Positions 54,213-63,688 of a DNA stretch of 64,000 nt are shown here, piece after piece. Position numbers and translations under genes: made by a program. The notes under the pieces are model-generated. The model was not told the DNA's origin. It made no database searches and worked only from the letters and a program-made list of their open reading frames with translations. The DNA lies in NCBI GenBank assembly GCA_977017575.1, contig CDRNVI010000003.1, forward strand, positions 62,001 to 126,000. Direction: 5' to 3'. Numbering within the stretch: position 1 is the stretch's first letter; the number at the start of each line of letters is the position of its first letter. This stretch comes from Paramoeba atlantica. Taxonomy: Eukaryota > Protista > Discosea.

Positions 54213-54299
54213 TCTCCTAGGTCGCTTCACCGGTGACAATGAACACTGCGTAGTTAGCCTACCATGTGTCACTCCCACTGGGAGGGTTCCTGATCAAGC
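54213..54299 (-). promoter_or_regulatory. Conserved 87-nt cis element downstream of RT/RNase H
   Basis: 85/87 identical to 28529-28615 (opposite strand), while the flanks do not align. Confidence 0.6.
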
Positions 54300-54595
54300 A
54301 CGAGTGCCGCTTTTACGCTTTAGAGTAGTGTAGCTTTTATGTTTCGGAGGTTCTTCAATTAATTATGCATGTGTAAGCAAGGAATTTACGTAGTGAGACG
54401 TCTATGTCAATGTGTGAATGTAGATATTGTGTGGTATATAGAGCATGTATTTGTGCACCCGCTCAGGAGAAAACAAAATTATTAAAGGATATTTTGTACA
54501 GTATAATGACATGCAGGACCGTAAGTGAAAGTATGAAAATAGCTGATGTCGTATTCTATTTTACGTTTGTATGCTCAGCGGATACCTAAATGTCT

Positions 54596-56329
54596 TCAGT
54601 CTCTTGATATGAATGTGAGGCCCTGTTCTGTGAAAAGTCTCCATGCTTTCTGCAAGCGTTTCCATGAATTGTACAATCTGAAGTTCAATTCATCACTTGA
54701 GAACATCCTTTTCGGACGAGTGCCTATGTCAGCTACATTTTCTTCTGTAGGTATATCACAAATGATGAGATTACCCGCAAAGCACTCATGCTGGCTGATG
54801 ACCTCGTCCAAGGGATGCACACGAGAGTACCCCTTGTCAAAAGCACGAGAAGCCGCAAGATTGTCGCTTGCGATCACCATATTAGCGTATCCATGCTCGG
54901 TAGCCATGGTGATCGCTTGTGATATGGCTGTCGCTTCTGCAAGCGCAATCGGCAGGTCGCACGACTGCTCGAGTAGGCGGTCCTTACAGATATTTCCGTT
55001 TTCCATAGGCCACACCGCCCAGCGAGAGGTGGTTGCATCAACCGCAGTGTAGAAAACACGTTTCTTGTATGTCAATCTGGAAAACATGGCCCAGTCCCGG
55101 GGCTTATTATTCATAGAAAGAACGCGACACATTCCTGCCTGTATCAGAGACCGACATGGCTTATCAACCGGTACGCTCCAGTCGGAGATTTCGCCCAAGA
55201 TACTTTGTTGCTTGGAAATTCGACCTAGATTTCTTGTCGCCACGCCCAGTATAGCGTAAGCATGGCGCAAGTAACCTGCGAATTGATACAGTTTCCTTGC
55301 AGATACAATATCCATACGGCCCGCTGCAAGTGCCCAACTCTTTACAATAACTGGGTCTGGTATCCATTTTGCCCTTCCTTCGCTGTGTATGATTTTTATG
55401 CCGCAATATGTAAACGAGCAAGTTCTATTTTCCAAAGTCATGTATTTCGTGACAACGTTGAAAAGCTTGAAATTTCGCTCAAGGCGATAATACCAATCTC
55501 TTACTGTTTGTTTACAAGATACGACTAGAAATGAGTCGTATAATAGGGCAATGAATCCTCCCTGGGATAAACTTATTAGACCTGGAGCTTCAGTGCATTC
55601 ATATAAGGTTTTATCTACGTTCAAGTCGAGATCTCCCTCTTCTTCGTATAGCATTATTGCCCACATAATGCTTTGTGCAATGCCGCATGCATGCTTGTAA
55701 CCCATCGGTAATACCGCGGGTCGACATATCATAGGTCCATGCTTTATACAACAGGCATGTCCAAGACCAGATGAGATCGGTATCTGGTAGTAGCAGTTGC
55801 GGATGTCCCCATGCAGAAAACAGAAACCATTCATTGCGCAATCCCCCAACCGAACTAGAGCGCGGACGAGTACTTGTGTGCTCGGCACGTGAAAGGGAAC
55901 ACCCTCCCCGACAACACGTTCATTGGTCCAGCGCAAGTCAAAAATTGCTCGCGAATACGTCCCATCCTTAAGTACTGCTATGTACTTTCCAAACCCTCGG
56001 GCCATCTCCTTTGTAGTCAATATTAATACCCCAGATTCTTGTAGGTAACGAATGTGCCTCCTATACTGGGAGGAGTCTGGCTCAGTCTTTTCAATGTATT
56101 GGGTGTCTGGCGGCAAGGGATCAGTGCCTATAAGGGAGATTGCCTGTCGCGAAAAGGGGAAACGGTCTAGGCCTGCGCTATCTAACCGGATACCACCTAC
56201 ATTTTGTAGAGGGTAGAGAGTATCCGAGTCGTGTGCAAAGCTTCCGCGTCTGCGAAAATCGCTATCCTCCGGTGCGTAGTACGCATCAAAAGGGGAGGAC
56301 AGTTCAGAGCTTAGAAGTTCGGTATCCAT
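54596..56329 (-). CDS. Reverse transcriptase - RNase H of YR retrotransposon
   Basis: 577-aa intact ORF. RT motifs SRAIFDLRWTNE, LHGDIRNCYYQIP, VLPMGY, LLYDSFLV and FTYCG; RNase H acidic residues in AVDAT, ALAEAT, ASDN and ENVAD. Confidence 0.92.
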   Translation of the reverse strand: MDTELLSSELSSPFDAYYAPEDSDFRRRGSFAHDSDTLYPLQNVGGIRLDSAGLDRFPFSRQAISLIGTDPLPPDTQYIEKTEPDSSQYRRHIRYLQESGVLILTTKEMARGFGKYIAVLKDGTYSRAIFDLRWTNERVVGEGVPFHVPSTQVLVRALVRLGDCAMNGFCFLHGDIRNCYYQIPISSGLGHACCIKHGPMICRPAVLPMGYKHACGIAQSIMWAIMLYEEEGDLDLNVDKTLYECTEAPGLISLSQGGFIALLYDSFLVVSCKQTVRDWYYRLERNFKLFNVVTKYMTLENRTCSFTYCGIKIIHSEGRAKWIPDPVIVKSWALAAGRMDIVSARKLYQFAGYLRHAYAILGVATRNLGRISKQQSILGEISDWSVPVDKPCRSLIQAGMCRVLSMNNKPRDWAMFSRLTYKKRVFYTAVDATTSRWAVWPMENGNICKDRLLEQSCDLPIALAEATAISQAITMATEHGYANMVIASDNLAASRAFDKGYSRVHPLDEVISQHECFAGNLIICDIPTEENVADIGTRPKRMFSSDELNFRLYNSWKRLQKAWRLFTEQGLTFISRD

Positions 56330-56618
56330 TGTTTTGTGTGCGAAGTGCGTTTGAGATATAATTTATATCATATAATTTATTCTACTATGGGTGATCTATT
56401 TCCTACACAGCCACTATCTCCACATTTCTTAACTTTTATAGTTGGTCCACTTGTCACAGTTTATTGTGACTTTTACCTCAATGACAGTGTGTAACTGTGT
56501 TCCCATATCTCTCGCCCTTCTCGATACGATTCTACTTATCACCTGTTTATCTAAAGTGTTCTAGTGATGCATACATTGTGTGCTTTACAATAAGGGGACT
56601 GATTGTAAATTATTTATT

Positions 56619-57487
56619 TTATTCCATAGAATAACGTGTTGCAGTGAGTTCTGACATCCAGCGCCCTCTTCGAAGACGCGTGCTCAGATCAACTCCTTGC
56701 CGTGTCAAGTGTCCAGCGCAGCCGTGGCGCAGACAGTGGAACGACCAGGTTTGCTGGCTGTTCCATCCAAATCGCGCGGCCGCGGCCGCTATCAAGCGAT
56801 TGGCTTGCACCTTGTTCCAAGTCGGAAAGAGGCTTGATGTTGTTGAGATTGTTTTGAAGTACCCGAGTAAATGGCGTACTTCAGGTGCTTGTACCGTATC
56901 AACGGCAAAGTGGTGACGACCTTTCCCTCCACGAATTTTTATTAGTACATCGCTTTCGCTGATTTCCACGTCTGATGTCTGAAGACCTACGAGTTCGGAG
57001 TGTCGCAAAAGGCCAAAGTAACCAATTGCAAATCCTTGACCATACGTAATCTCTCCCTGGTCAATACAATATGTGGATAGTACGCGAAGCTGGTCACGTG
57101 TGATGGAGCCCCGCGGCTTGGGGTCTAAACAAATTTTGAGCACCCCTTTAAATCGCCTTCGAAATCGAAGGGTTTGCGACCAACACTCGCTCTCTGGAAG
57201 GTCCTCAATTTGTCGCCAAACCAGGGCAGCGCGAAATGCTTCCAAGGTGGAGGGTCTGTAAAATCTCGACATGCTAGCACATAAGGCAAGGAAATTCTCT
57301 TCTGCCATGTTGCATGCACCATGGACACCCATAAGGTGTTCCAGGCGATAAAATATTGTGCTCGTTTTTGAGCCGTTCCCGCCGAAACGCCCACCTGAGC
57401 GAGCTGTCTATGAATTCCCACTTGAAGAAGAGAACGATACCCTCTCTGAATTTCTGCATCCCGCGAGGTTCGAGACTCTAGTGTCAT
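56619..57487 (-). CDS. Tyrosine recombinase (one 1-nt frameshift near 57350)
   Basis: R (LLRHSE), K (GGKGR), HxxR (HCLRH), W (GRW) and Y (TRYS). The N-terminal MTLESRTSRDAEIQRGYRSLLQ (ATG 57487) aligns with the other copy but is in another frame. Confidence 0.88.
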
Positions 57488-57839
57488 GTTGAGTGCTAGA
57501 AATGGCGGAACAATAATTACATTATACAGTATGTAGTATACGTATGATCTGGAGTTTTCATAAAGTAGACACGTACAACTGGCTACCGTGTGCAACGATT
57601 CTTAAATAGCTGAAGTATATAGCTACTTCGTAATAGACCACACTTGTTTATAAATATTGTGTCGGCACACTTATCAGCACCCATAATATATTTATCGGCA
57701 TCCATTTTTAGTATCTTACTACTTTTTCGGGAGTTTTTATCAAATGTACGTGAAAAATACTTTTCTAGTGTTTGATACGAACGCTTACTTTGCTTTCCAC
57801 TCTTTCTTTCATACTTATTTTCATTTTGCGGTTCAATGT

Positions 57840-58310
57840 TTATTCATCGCGCCCGCGTTTGCCATGTCTAGGGAGAAATGGTTTTTCACGGTCGCGATGT
57901 TGATTAGCTTTGCAGTTCCGGGCCTGGTGCCCCCTTTTTCCGCAGTTCCAGCACGTTCCACCAGATGTACTGGAAACCGTTTGTCTAAAGCCATAACGGG
58001 GCTTTAAGTCCGGAGGAGCGCCGCGAGCGGATGCGCGTCCTTCAAGATTCAGACTCGGACGAGAGTGATGTACCTGCGACACCGCACGTGAATGCGCGGC
58101 GAGATGCGCAACAATGGACTTGTTGCTCGTATCGACTGAATTGTCCCGCATGAGGGATTCCAGCGTTTCACGGGACACTGAGACTCCCTCGTGCCGCAGT
58201 CGATACGACATTACGATCGCACCGAGCTTGCACAACAGCGTCCACACGCTCAGACGAACCCCGTCGTCTTTCGCGTTCGCGAAGGGGACACCTGGTGGAA
58301 TAAAAACATG
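57840..58310 (-). CDS. gag-like protein with CCHC zinc knuckle
   Basis: GTCWNCGKRGHQARNC. The frame is open upstream of the GTG at 58247 to about 58340; start uncertain (an ATG near 58312 is out of frame at a T-run). Confidence 0.72.
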   Translation of the reverse strand, partial: HVFIPPGVPFANAKDDGVRLSVWTLLCKLGAIVMSYRLRHEGVSVSRETLESLMRDNSVDTSNKSIVAHLAAHSRAVSQVHHSRPSLNLEGRASARGAPPDLKPRYGFRQTVSSTSGGTCWNCGKRGHQARNCKANQHRDREKPFLPRHGKRGRDE

Positions 58311-58583
58311 CGTTTTTACACTGCTTACGGAGTGAGAAACTCACAGCCGATTACACATTACCTAAAGATTAATCCAACCGTAACAATATCTACATCAAGA
58401 CGGGGCTATCCTTCAAATCAAGCAGCCGTGTAAGCCTAAATTAAACGATAACTTGCATCCCGTGCCGATTCTTGCAAACTAGATATTTTTGAGTCACATC
58501 ACGACTCATATTACCAAAGGTTGGAGTTATGAACTCGTCACAAGGTAACCTGACGCGCCGCTTCGTACGGCATTTTCAAACGT

Positions 58584-59392
58584 ATCACAAGCTTAAAAAC
58601 TGCGCTTGTAACATACAGAGCGCTTGGCGCACGATCACGGCGCTATATTCCTTACGTTCAACGTAATTACCGAGCCAATGGGCTCATGTAGTGCTCGGCA
58701 TGGCAACTACATCACAAACTTAAAAGCTACGCTCGTAACACACAGAGCGCTTGGCGCACGAGCACGGCGCTATATTCCTTACGTTCAACGTAATTACCGA
58801 GCCAATGGGCTCATGTAGTGCTCGGCATGGCAACTACATCACAAACTTAAAAGCTACGCTCGTAACACACAGAGCGCTTGGCGCACGATCACGGCGCTAT
58901 ATTCCTTACGTTCAACGTAATTACCGAGCCAATGGGCTCATGTAGTGCTCGGCATGGCAACTACATCACAAACTTGAAAGCTACGCTCGTAACACACAGA
59001 GCGCTTGGCGCACGATCACGGCGCTATATTCCTTACGTTCAACGTAATTACCGAGCCAATGGACTCATGTAGTGCTCGGCATGGCAACTACATCACAAAC
59101 TTAAAAGCTACGCTCGTAACACACAGAGCGCTTGGCGCACGATCACGGCGCTATATTCCTTACGTTCAACGTAATTACCGAGCCAATGGGCTCATGTAGT
59201 GCTCGGCATGGCAACTACATCACAAACTTAAAAGCTACGCTCGTAACACACAGAGCGCTTGGCGCACGAGCACGGCGCTATATTCCTTACGTTCAACGTA
59301 ATTACCGAGCCAATGGGCTCATGTAGTGCTCGGCATGGCAACTACATCACAAACTTAAAAGCTACGCTCGTAACACACAGAGCGCTTGGCGC
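58584..59392. repeat. Tandem array of a 127-bp unit (6 full copies 58618-59379 plus partial ends)
   Basis: Exact 127-nt periodicity (58624, 58751, 58878, 59005, 59132, 59259); only isolated substitutions between units. Confidence 0.95.
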
Positions 59393-59537
59393 TCGCTCGC
59401 ATTACGTGTCATGGATTTTGAGAGATAAAGGAAAACATGCAATGGCAGTACGTGAAACCAGTGCTATGATATTTATCGATCTAATTATCTGCATTGTCTA
59501 TAAATTTATAGATTTTTTTTTTTTTTTTTTTTTTAAT

Positions 59538-59657
59538 ACTTTCAGAAGTCTTTCCCCCCTTTCATGCTTCCCATCCCTTACTTAGTATGTAGAATCATCC
59601 GACCTCAGCCTCCCACAGGAAGTGTGCATAACATTCCTTGTAGGTAGTCATGCATTA
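59538..59657. repeat. Right inverted terminal repeat (120 bp)
   Basis: Pairs with 53979-54098; preceded by a long T run. Confidence 0.9.
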
Positions 59658-59847
59658 CTTCCTTTCGTGGGCATCGGTCTCCTTTAACCCTGCCGGTGCA
59701 AAGCAGAGGTCGGATGTAATCCCCCCCCTCATTCGGTCGTATTTCCCCCTAGCCTTCCATCACCTTTCCACATTTCCTGAGAAATGTGGCCCCGGGCTTT
59801 GGACCGGAATTGCAGGGTTAAAGGAGACCGATGCCCACGAAAGGAAG
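59658..59847. mobile_element. 190-bp MITE with 36-bp TIRs and TA TSD, inserted at the outer edge of the ITR
   Basis: TA|CTTCCTTTCGTGGGCATCGGTCTCCTTTAACCCTGC ... GCAGGGTTAAAGGAGACCGATGCCCACGAAAGGAAG|TA, perfect. Confidence 0.88.
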
Positions 59848-59854
59848 TATGTAT

Positions 59855-60808
59855 TTAACATTCTGTAATCTTTGTATTGTAATATGTGAAGGAAAAAGCT
59901 CCCAGTGTTTCAGGAAAAAGGGTCACATTAAATTCGCCATGAAGGTCTTCGTTGTAATATAATTCAAGCACGGACAAAGCTTTGGGAAGAGAGTCAAAGT
60001 ACACGCGCCCTGAAAACTCGTTTTCATGTAAGGAAAGAATCTCCAAACTGGAAGGTAAATCGCGCAATTCAAGTGTTCCTGTAAAAGCGTTACCTCCAAG
60101 ACCAAGGAATTCTAGTTTATCAGGTAAATGACAGAGATCCACTGCACCAAAGAAATTGTTGCCATTTAAGTTTAAAGATGTCAAACTGGAAGGAAGGAGA
60201 CTTAAATCAACATTGCCTTCAAAAACATTATTGTTCAAAGCCAAGTCTTGCAAACCATGAGGGAGTAGTTTTAGGTCTATATTTCCTGAGAGTTCATTGT
60301 GGTCCACCATCAATACTCTAAGGCCTTTCGGCAGTGATGTCAAATCAATGGGTCCCTGGAAACAGTTTTCTTCCACTCGAAACGCATCCAGGTACTGAGG
60401 TAGCAGTCTCAAGTCCAAGGGCCCCGAGAAAAGATTACGGTCAAGATCTAACATTTCCAAGTACGGAGGAAATGTGTCAAAATTCAATTCTCCTTCTAAC
60501 TCGCACTCACAAGCATCAAGATATGTCAATGATTCTGGCAAATATTCCCAATGCACGGTCCCTCCTAATGGAGTGTTCCTCCAATAAATTTCATCGATCC
60601 GTCCATCCTTAGTGCAAGACACACCATCCCACGCACATGCCGGTGTAGTAATGTTCCAAGATGAATGTGGGGACTTGATGTCACAAATAAGTTTTGCAAG
60701 TTGATACTCTTGTGGCAGTGTTGCAAAATGTACTTTTCCAGGGACGTGTTCCTTTTTTCGCCGCTTGGTTGCAGGCGCCTCAAAATCCGATGCGCTAAAA
60801 TATTCCAT
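59855..60808 (-). CDS. Leucine-rich repeat protein
   Basis: Cap SWNITTPACAWDGVSC, then roughly nine repeats of about 24 aa (LPxxLxxLxLxxNxFxGxVDL). Confidence 0.9.
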   Translation of the reverse strand: MEYFSASDFEAPATKRRKKEHVPGKVHFATLPQEYQLAKLICDIKSPHSSWNITTPACAWDGVSCTKDGRIDEIYWRNTPLGGTVHWEYLPESLTYLDACECELEGELNFDTFPPYLEMLDLDRNLFSGPLDLRLLPQYLDAFRVEENCFQGPIDLTSLPKGLRVLMVDHNELSGNIDLKLLPHGLQDLALNNNVFEGNVDLSLLPSSLTSLNLNGNNFFGAVDLCHLPDKLEFLGLGGNAFTGTLELRDLPSSLEILSLHENEFSGRVYFDSLPKALSVLELYYNEDLHGEFNVTLFPETLGAFSFTYYNTKITEC

Positions 60809-60943
60809 CGTGGGACTACAACCAAAAAAGAAAATATGAATACAAGAATCATAAAAAACAGTGGTTACTCACAAGCATAATCCACATTAGGACGATGAGT
60901 GACAACCCATTTAGTCTGAAAGAATTATAAAATTTGCACCCAC

Positions 60944-62422
60944 TTACCCATTGAGCAACCTCTCTGCATTTTGAAATCCGTAGCCCAGTGCTTTTCCCAA
61001 AACCTCCTCAAGTTCCTGTGGCGTTTTTACATTACCCACCTTGGAATCCACCCCCTCGTTTTCCTGTTGACGCCAAGTCCCTCCGTACCCCCCATGTGCC
61101 GCACGCCAACCATCCCTTGACTCCGGACATTCCCATCCCAGAGGCAAATACGACCGAGTCAAGGGTCGAAGCAAAGGAGGTGGAGAAGACGAAGTCAAGG
61201 AAGATAAAAAAGAGCGCCGACTTTTTTTCTTCTCCTTCTCCCTCCCATTGCCCCGTAATCCATTTCTTTCCCCTTCTTCTTTCCCCCCTCCTCCCCCCTC
61301 CCTCCCGCTAATCGTGCGTAACGCTACGACATGCAAATACGGCCTCTCCACGTGCTGTACCCCCGCCAACACATTTAGCCTCACATCCCCACACTCTTGC
61401 GGGACACAGAGCGCTACCCCCCCATCGGGTCGCTCCCCCTCATGTGTCATCATCTCATATAAATAAGGAACTAAGACGGTCTCAACCCCGTGAGTGATTT
61501 CTAGACCACAGCGTAGGGCTGAGCTAATGGACCATTTCCACTCGTGTAGTGGAATTTGTGAATTATGGCTGTTACTAAATTCGTTTACATGTTTATTGTC
61601 TGCATTCTTATTACCTAATAGACTGAAATATTTATTATTATCCTTCGTACTAAATTCGTTTAAGCGTTTCTTTTCATTCTTCATGAATTGGATTACCCCT
61701 TCATGACCTGTACCCTTATTACTCTCTAATACATTAAAACGTTTATTTTCCTTTTTATGGACTTGTAACTTCTTACATTCTACTTCTTTATTATGATTTT
61801 TCATTAATTCCTTTAAATAGTCCCCTAAAAAGTGTTGACACTCAAATCGCCATCGAGGGGATTCGAAGGCGTCTGGGGAGAGGAAGGGGAGATTGGGAGG
61901 GAATTTCAGATGTTGGGTTTGTCGGCAGTACACAGCGTAGGGGTCGGAGTGCAGGAAGGCATGGTAGAGGGAGAGCGCGAGGTGGTCGCAGAGATTGTGG
62001 GTCGGGGGGCACTGGGAGAGGTTGGAGGTCCAGAGCGAGGAGAAGGGGAGGCTGAGGAGAACAGAGCCGGGGAGGATGGGGGGAGAAAAGGAGGAGGAGC
62101 ATAAAGAGGATGAGGATGGAGAAGAAAAGGAGGAGCTCGAAGTGGAGGAAAAAGAAGAAGGGTGCGTTCCACTTTTTTGTATTTTCGGATACAACAGGAA
62201 GGTATGGGGGTCGATGGTGAGTCCAGGGTGAAGGGTGAGATGGTAGTGTTCAGAGAGTACGGCGGGGAGGGTGGTTTGACTGTGGTGTTGGACTTTACGT
62301 TGCCAGCGGGTGTGGAGATGAGGGGGAAGGGAGAGAGAGGAGGAGGGGGGCGGGGAAGAAGGGGGAGCAGTGTAGGGTTGGGGCTTTGATATTCTTCGTG
62401 TGGGGGAGTGAGGGATTCGCAT
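60944..62422 (-). CDS. Probable SET-domain (LSMT/SETD3-like) protein
   Basis: VLLSLPFSSLWT, LALSLYH, EWKWSISSALR and VLVPYLYEMMTH (compare LVPxxDMxNH); low-complexity insertions. Confidence 0.5.
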   Translation of the reverse strand: MRIPHSPTRRISKPQPYTAPPSSPPPSSSLSLPPHLHTRWQRKVQHHSQTTLPAVLSEHYHLTLHPGLTIDPHTFLLYPKIQKSGTHPSSFSSTSSSSFSSPSSSSLCSSSFSPPILPGSVLLSLPFSSLWTSNLSQCPPTHNLCDHLALSLYHAFLHSDPYAVYCRQTQHLKFPPNLPFLSPDAFESPRWRFECQHFLGDYLKELMKNHNKEVECKKLQVHKKENKRFNVLESNKGTGHEGVIQFMKNEKKRLNEFSTKDNNKYFSLLGNKNADNKHVNEFSNSHNSQIPLHEWKWSISSALRCGLEITHGVETVLVPYLYEMMTHEGERPDGGVALCVPQECGDVRLNVLAGVQHVERPYLHVVALRTISGREGGGGGKEEGERNGLRGNGREKEKKKSRRSFLSSLTSSSPPPLLRPLTRSYLPLGWECPESRDGWRAAHGGYGGTWRQQENEGVDSKVGNVKTPQELEEVLGKALGYGFQNAERLLNG

Positions 62423-62650
62423 CCATGCAGGAGATCGGGTGAGAAGGGAAGAGGGAAAGAGAGAGAAAGAGATAGTTCGAACGAGTCGTAGGGAAGAAAA
62501 GGGATAACAAAGTAAAGCTGTGGAGTTAAAAATTTGTCTAGATCTTGGAATAAGTATTTGATATAAAAATCGTGTTTCCTAAAAATTTCATTACGAAAAA
62601 GAAATAGAAAGTACGAAAAAAGAGCCGAGCATTTCAATTTTCTTAAAAGA

Positions 62651-63526
62651 TTATGAAAGTGCGCGGCTTCGCAAAATATGCGATCGAATATTCCGAACTC
62701 CATCAAATCGGTCTGCACTTTGTGGCCGAAAGGATTTTGAAACGCTTCGTACTTTACGAAGACCACGGCGATATTTTCTACGCTGGTTCACACGAGGGTT
62801 CTTCCTATCTTTGGGTCGAGCACGAGTAAGACCCCTATTTTTTACAATTTCCTGCGGCGCACTTGTACGCGGTGCGACCTCCGAACTTCCTTTATTCGTC
62901 GCTGCAAGTTCAGGACCTGAATCCAAAGATGATTTCTCTTCCTTAAGCTTTCGTTTTTTTCGCAGAAGAGCCTTGTTCTCCTTTTCTATTATGGATGAAG
63001 GCACAGAAATATCTCTCACTCGTTGAAGCAGTTCGTGTACGTTGTGTAAAACAGGATGCGATTCGTAGTCCTCATCTTCGACGCATAAATTTAGCAAAAA
63101 TAATGCATACATACAAAACTTTAGACGAATCACTGTGTCTTCAATTTCTTTTTTGGTTGTGGGAACAACTAAGAATTCTAATTGCTTGTGTATTTCACGG
63201 CTCAAAGCAAGCATCTCATCAGGAAGTTGCTTTGCATCAAGCTTTGAAGTCTCACTGCTAAGTATTTTAGCCGCATTTAGCGGACTAGCCAGTGCTGCTT
63301 CTATTTCACTACTTGGGTTCCTATTTTGTACGTTATTCGGCAGAGGAACTTCATCGGAGTTTGTCAAATATTGAAAATCTTCTTCACGCAAATTCCGTTG
63401 CAAAACCCGTAAGGTTTCCTTTGCAAGTTCTTCTTCTTGGGCCTCGTAACCTTGTAACCCGTCATCCACATCTTGACCTTCCTCTTTGTAGGCATACTGC
63501 AATGGAACGGATGTGTCTTCCGGCAT
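62651..63526 (-). CDS. SAS10: SAS10/Utp3 SSU processome component
   Basis: C-terminal KNRGLTRARPKDRKNPRVNQRRKY...DGVRNIRSHILRS; central C1D/Utp3-like helical region. Confidence 0.85.
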   Translation of the reverse strand: MPEDTSVPLQYAYKEEGQDVDDGLQGYEAQEEELAKETLRVLQRNLREEDFQYLTNSDEVPLPNNVQNRNPSSEIEAALASPLNAAKILSSETSKLDAKQLPDEMLALSREIHKQLEFLVVPTTKKEIEDTVIRLKFCMYALFLLNLCVEDEDYESHPVLHNVHELLQRVRDISVPSSIIEKENKALLRKKRKLKEEKSSLDSGPELAATNKGSSEVAPRTSAPQEIVKNRGLTRARPKDRKNPRVNQRRKYRRGLRKVRSVSKSFRPQSADRFDGVRNIRSHILRSRALS

Positions 63527-63688
63527 TTTAATAGTTTATTTCAAAATAAAGAAGATTTTTCCGGTACTCTTTTACTATATTTAGCATACTCTTTACTATA
63601 CTACTTTATTTCGTTTACTATACCATTTCTTACACACACCAAATCCTAGGGGAAATGAAGTAATTAATTGAAAAGTTTACAATGAGAT

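Larger units (their letters stand above)
53979..59657 (-). mobile_element. Near-intact VIPER/TATE-like tyrosine-recombinase retrotransposon bounded by 120-bp inverted repeats
   Basis: Order gag(CCHC)-YR-RT/RNaseH on the minus strand; 53979-54098 is the reverse complement of 59538-59657 with 2 mismatches. Confidence 0.85.

Noticed and set aside
57335-57360. Programmed -1 ribosomal frameshift in the YR gene
   Set aside because: No canonical X XXY YYZ slippery heptamer, and the paralogous copy is in frame here. A 1-nt deletion or homopolymer sequencing error is more likely.
58584-59392. CRISPR array, and the six repeated 64-aa ORFs
   Set aside because: Units are contiguous 127-bp repeats with no unique spacers and no cas genes. 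The ORFs have TTG starts and are simply a by-product of the periodicity.
61906-62766. 286-aa ORF overlapping SAS10 and the SET-like gene
   Set aside because: GTG start inside another gene, low-complexity Pro/Ser translation of a C-rich tract, and no motif.
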